DNA of 64,000 bases from Selaginella moellendorffii (lineage: Eukaryota; Plantae; Lycopodiophyta): positions 873,771 to 937,770 of the forward strand of contig NW_003314314.1 in NCBI RefSeq assembly GCF_000143415.4. The letters run 5' to 3'. Shown here in pieces: positions 54,683 to 64,000 of the stretch (the stretch's first letter is position 1; each line of letters opens with the position of its first letter). The position numbers were made by a program, and so were the translations under genes. The notes under the pieces are model-generated. The model saw only the letters and a list, made by a program, of their open reading frames with translations. It ran no database searches and was not told the DNA's origin.

Positions 54683-56524
54683 CTAAGCTTCAAACTTGAG
54701 GTATTTGATGGCGCTCTGGACATCCTTGTCACCCCGACCACTGCAGCTCACTACTACCTTGCAACCATCTTCCAGAGTCGGGCACAGAGTCTCCAGAAAC
54801 GCTAGAGCGTGCGAGGTCTCCAGCGCAGGGATTATACCTTCAAGCCTTGATAACCTTTGGAAAGCTGGCAACAAACCACACCAATCAATGGCCGGCCATC
54901 GCTAGAAAAGTATAAATGCTATTCACCTTCCAAGGCCTCGGCATCTGTCACACTGTGATATTCCGCGCGGCCCATGTCCTTCAAGAAGCTATGCTCCGGC
55001 CCAACACCAGGATAGTCCAGCCTGATTGCGACACAAGCGAGAAGAAAAGAATTAGCGAGCGAGCTTAAACACTGGGGACGATCTAAGTACCCGGCGCTGA
55101 TAGAATGTGGCTCGATGATCTGGCCATCTTCATCCTGTAGCAAGTAGCTCATAGCTCCATGAAGAACTCCTACTTCTCCCTTGGTCAGTGTTGCCGCGTG
55201 CTTGCCACTGTCCAAGCCAAAGCCAGCAGCCTCCACTCCCACTAGCCGGACATCGTTGTCGTTCACAAACTCGTGGAACAGGCCCATGGCGTTGGAGCCA
55301 CCTCCGACGCAAGCTACGAGCACGTCCGGCTTGCCATTCCATTTTTCCAGAGCTTGCCGCCGGGTCTCCTTCCCGATCACGGTATGGAAGTCTCTCACCA
55401 GCATTGGATATGGATGAGGACCAGCGACAGAGCCCAGGATATAGTGCGTCGTTTCGACATTCGTCACCCAGTCCCGGATAGCTTCCGAAGTTGCATCTTT
55501 TAAAGTAGCAGTGCCCGAGTGAACAGGCCGGACCTGAGAGAGAAACAACACCACCTTGTTGAAACTTGGTAACCATGTCTGTGACTTTACCTCGGCACCG
55601 AGGAGTCGCATACGGAAAACGTTGAGAGCTTGCCTCTCCATGTCTTGCGCACCCATGTAGACGACGCATTCTAATCCAAATCGCGCACAGACAGTGGCGG
55701 TGGCGACTCCGTGCTGGCCGGCTCCAGTCTCGGCAATAATTCGCTTCTTGCCGATGTGTTTTGCGAGCAAGGCTTGGCCAACGGCATTGTTGATCTTGTG
55801 AGCACCAGTGTGATTTAGATCCTCTCGCTTGAGATAGATATCTGGTCCAGTACCATTGGCATTCTTGTAGAACTGAGTCAAGCGCTCCGCAAAGTAGAGA
55901 GGTGTTTCTCGACCAACATAGTCCTTGAGAATGCCGGCCAGTTCTTGCTGGATTCATGCAGCAACACTGTTAGAAAAACTAGAGACAAGAAGAGCCAGAT
56001 CCACCATCTCAAATGCATATTCTATAGAGTGATCTAAAAAGCACGCAAAAACAAGAGCCATCACCGACCTGGAATTCGGCCAGTTCTTGCTGGAATGCAG
56101 CAACACTGCTAGAAAAACTAGTGAACACAGATCCAACAAAAGAAACTCTACCCCAAGAAAATGGGTGTTCTATAGAGATGAGCAAGCAAAAAATAAAAAA
56201 TAAAAAAACACGAGCACCGACCTGGAATTCGGGCTTCACAACAAGCAATCGATAAGCGGCCTCCAAATCCGCCAGCGCCGTCATGAGCGTCTCCGGCACA
56301 TACTTCCCACCAAATTTTCCAAACCTCCCAAATGCATCCGGCCGCTGGAATCCTCCATACTGCGCATTCAACACCTCCTCCGCGGCCATGGTGCTCTCTG
56401 AGATCGCGCAGCGGGCGCCTACCGGATTGCGCCGCGGAAGCGCGATCCTCGTCGATCGCTCCACACTCGCGCTGAGCTGATTGGGAGAGACGAAGAGCTG
56501 GGGGGTGATCGCACGCATCGCCAT
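54683..56524 (-). CDS. TSB: Tryptophan synthase beta chain, plastid-targeted
   Basis: [31 protein letters not shown] (PLP lysine), [29 protein letters not shown] and SGRGDKD. Confidence 0.97.
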
Positions 56525-56603
56525 AGCTATAAACCCTAGCTCAGCCCTTCTGTAGCTGCATTTTACTAAATGGTTGTTTTGGCGGGAAGAGATTTTAGGG
56601 CGG
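56525..56603. promoter_or_regulatory. 79-bp divergent TSB/SKA1 spacer with telo-box and E2F-like site
   Basis: AAACCCTA at 56531-56538 and TTTTGGCGGG at 56577-56586. Confidence 0.55.
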
Positions 56604-57816
56604 ATGGCGCTTGAGAAGATCGTCTCGGCGTTCACGCGCCGGATCTCCGACCTCCAGGAGCTCATGGTTCTTCGCGGCGATGGTAAGCGCGGCGCCTAGA
56701 TCTCTCTACTGCTTGTTCGTGAATTTCTTCACTTTTTCTCTCTCTCAGGAAGAGCTGCAGACATGAGTGCTGTGGATGTTTCTCTCAAGGCCGTGGAGCA
56801 TGATTTTCGCAAGATGGATAGCTATGTGAAATCGGAGATGGAGGCGCTCAGCAAGGCCAAGGTAGGAAAAAAACAAATTCGTTTTCTTCGGCTAGAACTC
56901 TTGGAAAACTAAACTGCGTGTGTTCTAGGCACTGTCGGAGCTGACAATCCAGCAAACGAGGAAGATTCAAGCTATCGTAGATCATTTTCCATCAACCTTG
57001 TCCGCTGCAGCGCCATCGGACGCGTTGAAAAACAGGTTTTCTCTGCAAATTTTCCTTCTTTTCTCTGCTAAGAATTTTTTTTCTTGGCAGATTGTTTCCT
57101 GTTCCTGAGAAAGCTGCTGCTCACACCAGCAACATTCTTCCTGTTCAAACGCAAAATCCAAAGGTTTGAAAGAGTAATTTTCATCGTTTTGCGCTCTTAT
57201 GCTGGTTCTGTAGGTGGAGAAGGAGAAGAAAGGGAAAGGTTTGCCTCCTCGGAAGTATGTATCGGACGAAGAGTTCGCATCGTTATCAAGGTTGTCTATA
57301 TTTTTTCCTTGTCTTTGTTGTGAAAGCTTCTTTTCAGCTATATGAGGGGAAGGATCACTCTCGATAAAGTCAACTCTGCGATTGATGAAATGGCTGGATT
57401 TGCTGAGAACAATCTAAGACTAATACAGGCACCAAGAAAGAAGGTCATTCCGATGACTGAATGCTTGCATGGCGTTGTTACAATTTCTTTCTTCATATGC
57501 ACAGCTGGGAGACGATATCCTGGAGAAAGTCCTGGTAAGTCTTTCGTTTGATTTCCATCCAACATTTTCTCGTGTTTCGTCTAGGAACTACGAGATATTG
57601 CTGGAGCTGAGACGATCAAAGGGAAGCATTTCTTCTTGGAGTCCGACATGCGTGGTCCATTGTTGAAAATGGACACAACGGGCAAAGCTATACTCACGGT
57701 AGAAACTCCGGCATTTAAACTTAAGAGCTCACATTTTCTTTTAGATAATCCGGCATCTCGGCCGTGTCCTGGAAGCTCGGATTGGAAAACAGAGAGTGTT
57801 TGCTCTGTTGAGCTAA
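56604..57816 (+). CDS. SKA1: Spindle and kinetochore-associated protein 1, multi-exon
   Basis: SAFTRRISDLQEL, YVSDEEFASLSSYMRGRITLDKVNSAI, GKHFFLESDM and TGKAILTIIRHLGRVLEAR. Confidence 0.9.
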
Positions 57817-58029
57817 AAGCGATCTGGAGATTCCAATGCTTTCTCTTGACGAGACGTTTTATTTCAGGTAACGTATAACTCGTTTTCTCTGTGTTTCTCA
57901 TCCAGCTTCACAGGAAATCCGAGATCTAGCTCTGCATTGAATCGCAACACGTACATCCTCTAAAGGTATCAAACTCGAAACAATCGGATTCTTTTTTTCT
58001 TTTCGTTTTCGCTTCTATTTACAAGCGCG

Positions 58030-59439
58030 CTACCATCGTTTGAGAAAAAAACTCTTTAATCTGTTCTCGTGACTGGACGAACTAGAAGCAGTGGCAATCT
58101 TCCTGGTCAGTAACGCCATCACCATTTTTCCCAAGCTCAGCTTTTTCTTACTCACCATCTTTGTAAGTTTTAGCTCGTCACTCTCCTCATCGTCCCCAAG
58201 CTTCGCCAAAGCATTATAAGCAGCGGTCCCAGCAACGCCGCCGGCTCGCGAGATGTTCCTCAGCATCCTTACCGCCACCCGGCGTCCCTGCGGCGGCGGA
58301 AACGACGATAGAAACCGGAGAATCGCCTCCACGTCGCCGAGCCTGCCGCCGTGCGTTGCGCCGTACGCCTCAGCCAGTATCTGCAGCGCGTCGCTGGCGG
58401 CGTCCCGCGCGGCATCCGTACCGGACAGCACGAGCCCGAGTAGTACCGCCACGGCACCCTCGGACAGCCCGTCCTCCTCGGCTATAGCGGTCCGGAGCTC
58501 GGTCACTCCGGCGAGATTCTTAATGGCGCCGGCGGCCGAGGCCTGGGCCAGCGGCGTACCGTGACGGCATATCTGGACCAGCGCCGCCACGCCGCCGTGT
58601 GCCGCCAGGGACCGCGCGTTTTCGGGCGTGTACGTCAGGCAGTGCAGCGCGGATACCGCGCATTCTTTCGCCAGCCCGGTGCCCGACTCGAGCAGCCGGA
58701 CCAGCGGCGGCAGTGCATTCTCGGCTATGAGCTCCTGCTCACAGCATGACGCGCGGGCCAGGCGGTATACCGCCGACGCCGCCCTCTCCCGCACGGCGCA
58801 CGGCATTCCAGCGTCGAGCAACCGGACCAGCACTGGAATCCCTCCCTGCGACGCCACCAGCAGTGCATTCTTGTCATCGCCCTCGAGGAGATCCACGATC
58901 GAGGCGAGCGCGCGGTGCTTGGATCTGGGATCCGTCTCGATCTGGAGGCGCACGACGAGATCCCGCACCGCCCAGCGCAGCGCGGATTCGCCCGAGATGA
59001 CCATGGATCGCGATCGCGACGCTCGCGAGCCGGTGACGAGGAGCAGCGCCGCCATGGACTCCTTGACGAGGCTGTTCTTGATGACAACGTCGCAGTCGTG
59101 GATGTGGTGGTGGAATCGCGCGGCCAGCGCGTCGAGGGCGCTTTGCATCTGGAGCTTGCCATCGATCTGGCCGGATTGGAGGCACTTCCGGGCGGAGATC
59201 TTGGCGTCCTCGATGGTGGCCACCATGGATTCCAGCACCTCCGTGCACAGGGAGTAGCTCTCGAGGAAGAGGAGGGGGCATTTGGACATGTCGTGGAGCT
59301 GCGATCCCAGCTTCTCCAGCCGGAACTGGATGATCCGCCATCGCCCCAGGAACGTTTTCACGGAGCTTGCCTCGTCCAGCGCCGCCGCAATCCGCTGCTG
59401 TGCTACCTCCAGAAGCTCCCGCGCGGAGATGGAGCCCAT
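58030..59439 (-). CDS. Armadillo-repeat protein (single exon, GC-rich)
   Basis: GKLQMQSALD, GGIPVLVRLL, ALPPLVRLLESG..AKECA and HGGVAALVQIC. The start may be 59460 or further upstream. Confidence 0.88.
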   Translation of the reverse strand: MGSISARELLEVAQQRIAAALDEASSVKTFLGRWRIIQFRLEKLGSQLHDMSKCPLLFLESYSLCTEVLESMVATIEDAKISARKCLQSGQIDGKLQMQSALDALAARFHHHIHDCDVVIKNSLVKESMAALLLVTGSRASRSRSMVISGESALRWAVRDLVVRLQIETDPRSKHRALASIVDLLEGDDKNALLVASQGGIPVLVRLLDAGMPCAVRERAASAVYRLARASCCEQELIAENALPPLVRLLESGTGLAKECAVSALHCLTYTPENARSLAAHGGVAALVQICRHGTPLAQASAAGAIKNLAGVTELRTAIAEEDGLSEGAVAVLLGLVLSGTDAARDAASDALQILAEAYGATHGGRLGDVEAILRFLSSFPPPQGRRVAVRMLRNISRAGGVAGTAAYNALAKLGDDEESDELKLTKMVSKKKLSLGKMVMALLTRKIATASSSSSHENRLKSFFLKRW

Positions 59440-59930
59440 GATCCTCCCAGCAACCAGCATTCCTGGATCGAACCGTGTCTTGGCGCCGGGACAAAACTCC
59501 TGACCATGCTTTGTTTCCCTTTGCGTCGATCGCCCCTCGCTCTCACCGAGAGACGAAGAACTAAAAAAAAAACGAAAGAAACACGCGAACAAGAACACCA
59601 CACGTCGTCTTGCTGCTCCTGCGATCATAAATGAGGATCGTTACGAGTCGGGTTTCATGATCGTCAAAGCAAAAGCGGTAATCACCACCACTCACCACCC
59701 CCGAAATCCCCAATCCTCGAAACTTATCATACAAAAAGGTGGCATTGTAAACACAACAATTACAGAAAGGTGGCATTAGAAACCCAACTCATCATGTTTT
59801 GTGCGTGGGCCACTCTACATGTGAGTGCAAGCTGAGCTTGCCCCCACCCAAGAGAGCATTGTAAAGAAGCTTTTAGGGCATGAGATAAGAATTCCCATCT
59901 CTCTATCTGCAAAAATGTTAGTGCCTGCCT

Positions 59931-59959
59931 GGAGCTGGAGCTGGAGCTGGAGCTGGAGC
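59931..59959. repeat. (GGAGCT)n microsatellite
   Basis: About five tandem hexamer copies. Confidence 0.85.
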
Positions 59960-62064
59960 AGAAAATACCCCATTCAAAATACAAGCTGAATGCTGCTCTG
60001 GAGCTACCACTTCACATGCTCCTTGACCAGAGAGGTCTTTGGGTATCTCAGAGGTAATAAAGAAGAACCTTGGAAAAAGTGGGGACTGTGGATTGGCTGC
60101 TCTGATAAGACCTGTGACATTCTGAGTACCTTGCCTTGCTTGCGTTGCTCAGTTGTCTCAAAATCAACAGACAAGAATTTTGCCATCGATTAGAAAAGTT
60201 GTTGTGCTGCTCAGATTGTCCATTCTTTTTTGCCCAATAATTTCCAGTCTACAGAATAAAATCTGGAAAGTGAAATTTATAAATTCTATTCACATTTTAT
60301 TGTGTACCTGTTAAGAAAGAATATATGAGGCCAAATTGGAACAGAGAATAAGGAGGTAGGGTTCGCTAGCTTCCCTATCGTGGGATACACCCCGATCTGT
60401 GTAGCTCTGGATCCCAAGAGTAAGATTCTCACCCAGTAAGAAAGATGAGACAACCCAAGAGTCAAGAGGAGCCCGAGAAGGAGCCCAGGAAATCCAGAAG
60501 AAGCTGCCCATTCAATTACAGCCACAGGCAAGTTTACTGCAGGTTTGTAAAAGAGCATTCTTTTCCAGCGACAGGAGCTTGATATGCTCAAGAAGGAGAT
60601 CCAAGAACTTGGATTCATGAAGCATGAGGTTCAGCGTCTCAAACAAGCTGCTGATACTCATGTTCTTGACAACATCACAACGAAGCTGTCTATGTTGTAA
60701 CAAGGTTGATTGCAGAGGAGCTCCAAGTACTTGATACGAAGCTCCGGTGTGAGTACTTTCAATGTCTCTTTCCGCTCAAATATTTACTCGGGCAAGACGT
60801 AACGGAATATTTAGAGGACTGTGTGCAGGCGGATGAGGATCCTCAACAGGCCAAGGAGCATGGCAAGGAGCAGCAGGTCAATGCTGAAGATAAAGGCCAT
60901 GGTCAAATTGCTGGAGCAGTTAGAGGTCCAGGAGGCTGACCGGAAAAAGAAAAGGAGGCACTTCTTTTATCTGCAAAAAGGATTGTCTCAACGGAATTGC
61001 GAGTTTCTATCTCTTCTTTGAGGAAGACTGTGGCTTCATATGTCTTGGAGCTTAAACCTCAAAGAAACAAGTCAGTCCATCGGTATCAGCTTTATCCACC
61101 AGTTTATGAGAGGAAAGTACTTGACACCAGTATGCCTGCTACCAGAGAGATGGTATCTACATGTTGGAAGACTCCACCTACGCAGTCATCAGATACAATG
61201 ATTGGGAGGGCTTGCAGGACATTGTGGATTTCTCTTCTTGGTTGAGTTTGCTTCTGCAGCATTGGATGTTTGGATAAGATTACAATGGAAGTGGTCCTGC
61301 AGATTCTAATTGCCAGATTTTCAGAGAATGTTGCACTCCGGTTCCGGGATTTGCTTGTGAAGAATGGACGTCTGCTTAGTCCATTTAATCAACTCTGGGG
61401 GACACAGATTGCAACTGATGATAAGTTTGACGGTTGGTTGATTTGTGACGATTCACATTATATTTGGCTTTCTCGGAGAGGTGAATGGATCAACGAAAAG
61501 TACGAAGTTGTGATTCATACCTTCGATGGTTGGAGTTTGCAAGAGAAGTAACATAGGATTCTAAATTTCTTGTTTGATGTGATTACAATAAGACAAACTC
61601 CTGGCAAACTACATAGGGTATATTCCCAGACTATACCCTTCCACAATTTTTTTTCTGTGAGGGCCAAGTGTACGGCTACGATGCTGTATACTAATATTAG
61701 CGTAGTGGGATTTTGGTAGCCGTCGGATTGGTTTCAATTTGGACCACTCGCTCCTGTATATAAGCTAGGGTTTTTGGGCTAATTGATATGCACATTTCTG
61801 TATTCTCTTTCCATATTCCATGCATTCACATTGGTGGAGGTGAGGGGCACCTTTGATTGTCCCTGGGGGAGTGCTTGGATTTGGGATTTCGGTTTAGATC
61901 TAGCTTTTGCATTGTCTAGATCTAGCTTTTTCCATTTCCTTTTTTTTGTTCTTTCCTTTCAGGATTTTGGTTTAGATCTAGCTTTTTGCATTTTCTAGAT
62001 CTACCATTTCTTTCCAGCTTTTTGTCATTTCTCTTCTTTTGCTCTTTCTTTTTCATTCATCTTC

Positions 62065-63006
62065 ATGGCTGATCCGCAATCTCCTCCTTTGACTCTAGAG
62101 CAGCAGTTGGTTCAATTGCTTGATGCTATGCACTTGCAATTGAACAACCAAACTTAGTTGATGGCGGCGTTCACGGCACATGGTACAACTCCTACAACTC
62201 CTTCTGCTCTTGGTGCCAATCCTCGCGTTCGGCCGGAGTTCTTTTATGGGAATCCTGGGGATGATGTGTATCATTGGTTCGATTACTTCACAGTGATTGC
62301 CACATATCATTCTTGGGATGATGCTCGACGTTTGCGTGAGTTCCCCACATGTCTCCAAGGGACGGCATTGCAGTGGTACAATGGATTGAGCGCAGCCACT
62401 CGTGGCGATTGGAGTGTTCTTCTGGACGTCTTCAAACGCGCCTTCGGACACGCTGATGATTGTGATGATGCCTTCCAACAATTGCATCATCTTCGCCAAG
62501 GGCCATCTGAGTCGGTGATGCAATTTGGCATTCGTTTCCGAAGTCTTTTACTTTGTGCGGAACCAAATATGTCGGAGCGGATCAAGCTAGGAATGTTGTG
62601 GCTAGCACTTCGTCAAGATCTTGTCGGACTTGTGCATGCACTTGCTCCTGCCACTCTTGACGATGCTCTTCGCTTGGCACAACGTTATGAGACGTCGCCT
62701 CTTCCACTTTTTGCTACATGTCCTTTAGCTCCACTTCCTATGAGTGATGGTCCTGTTCCCATGGAGGTTGATGCTGCTGCTACTCGAGTCCAAGGACAAG
62801 GGCGAGGACGTGGTCGTGGCCGTGATGTTCGTTGCTGGGCGTGTGATGAAGTTGGTCATACTTATCGGCATTGTCGGCGCTTTCCGGATTGGCGACCTCC
62901 ATTTCCTGGGTGGAGACCTTGGCGTCAGCAACGTCCCGTTGGTGCTGCTGCGGTGGAAGGTTTGGATACCGAGGTGCATTCGGGAAACGAGGAGTCACGC
63001 GAGTAA
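62065..63006 (+). CDS. gag: Gypsy gag (in-frame TAG at 62155-62157)
   Basis: LQGTALQWY, LRQGPSESV, GPVPMEVD and CCHC knuckle CWACDEVGHTYRHC. Confidence 0.88.
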
Positions 63007-64000
63007 TGGAGGGACCTTGCGCGAATAAGTTAGTGACCCCTCCATCTTTCTTTCGGGAGTATCATCAAGAGGTTCACTCGGCACCAGTTCATCCAGTGTT
63101 TACTTTCCAAGCTCGTTTTTATAACAAGAGGTCTCCTATTCTTCTCTCCGTGTTGGTTGATACAGGTTCGAGTTTATCTTCTATTGCTCGACCTATTGCC
63201 ACACGTTGTCGTCTACACTTGCATCGTGCGGCGGATCCAGTTTTCATTCTTTATGGCAACAGCCGTACACATGCATGTGCACGAGATGAGGCGGATCTGG
63301 TTGTGCGTGTGGGTGATTTCGAGCTTGAGTTGCAGTCGTTGCGGGTGGTGCCGAGTCAAGCTTTTGACCTCATTCTTGGTATGGATTGGTTGCAGCGCAA
63401 TCATGCCAAGTGTGACTTTGAGGCTTCTCCCCCTTGTCTCATACTTCCTTATGTTTCATCCATTCCTCTCACTTCCGTACTTCTTCGTCCCTCTACTTTT
63501 ACCTCTGCTTCCATTACTTTTGTTCCCCCACTATTTCCTCTTGTGTCTCCATCTTGTTCTACTCTTCCCTTTTCCGATCCCTCCGATGATCTTTGTGTTG
63601 CAGCTATTGACCAGCTCATGAAGGAGTATTCTGATCTCTTTGACTTTGACCTATCGTCTGGGGCCAAGATTGCCACACGTCATCCCATTCCAACCGGGGA
63701 TGCTCGTCCAATCAAGGTTCCTGTTCGTCGTCGGTCACCCAAGGAGATCAAGATTTTACGTGCAAACGTCAAGGAGATGTTGGAGAAGGGTGTTATTCGG
63801 AAGTCGCGGAGTCCTTGGGCATGTGAACCTCATTTTGTGACGAAGCCTGATAGGAGTATTCGTTTCTGCATCGACTATCGTCCATTAAATGAACTGACGA
63901 TCCCGGACGTGTACCCTCTTCCTCACACTGCTGATCTCTTGGATCGTCTGGGGCGAAGTCGTTGGTTCACCAAGCTAGATCTTGCTTTTGGGTATTGGCA
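62982..64000 (+). CDS. pol: Gypsy pol (protease and RT start) in the -1 frame, open to the window end
   Basis: LVDTGS, DLILGMDWL, IRKSRSPWA, RFCIDYRPLN, YPLP and FTKLDLAFGYW. Missed by the ORF track because no stop codon occurs inside the window. Confidence 0.9.

Larger units (their letters stand above)
61669..64000 (+). mobile_element. Ty3/gypsy LTR retrotransposon, 5' part
   Basis: Candidate LTR 61669-61830 (TGT..ACA, TATA box), PBS TGGTGGAGGTGAGGGG from 61832, then gag and protease-RT. The LTR start cannot be confirmed without the 3' LTR. Confidence 0.92.

Noticed and set aside
58253-59634. Several long overlapping or antisense ORFs
   Set aside because: Expected by-product of the GC-rich ARM coding sequence.

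Overview
Eukaryotic plant nuclear DNA, most likely the lycophyte Selaginella. This is inferred from the very short ~50-70 nt introns, ~200 bp intergenic gaps, PPR debris and plant gene families. The left flank (1.3-11 kb) holds compact housekeeping genes: BAP31-like, OTS/ULP1 SUMO protease, an orphan coiled-coil gene, a Nudix hydrolase and RRC1/SR140. The right flank (51-59.5 kb) holds two conserved unknowns, tRNA-Val(CAC), tryptophan synthase beta head-to-head with SKA1, and an ARM-repeat gene. A Ty3/gypsy element with a -1 frameshift signal runs off the right end. Between the flanks lies a ~40 kb rapidly evolving array (11.1-50.8 kb). Its repeated unit pairs a small secreted 5-Cys peptide gene of knottin/CSB-like spacing with a divergently oriented BAHD acyltransferase and a PPR pseudogene. 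The array also contains an LRR-Roc-COR (Roco) gene and its truncated copy, an S-protein homologue, fragments of CDKG, APE2 and germin genes, and nested transposons (MULE, a Copia containing a solo LTR, hAT). The peptide/BAHD/Roco/SPH array is the best candidate for an undescribed system. Its functional coupling is inference only. All family calls come from recalled motifs, not database searches, and spliced-gene boundaries were read by eye.
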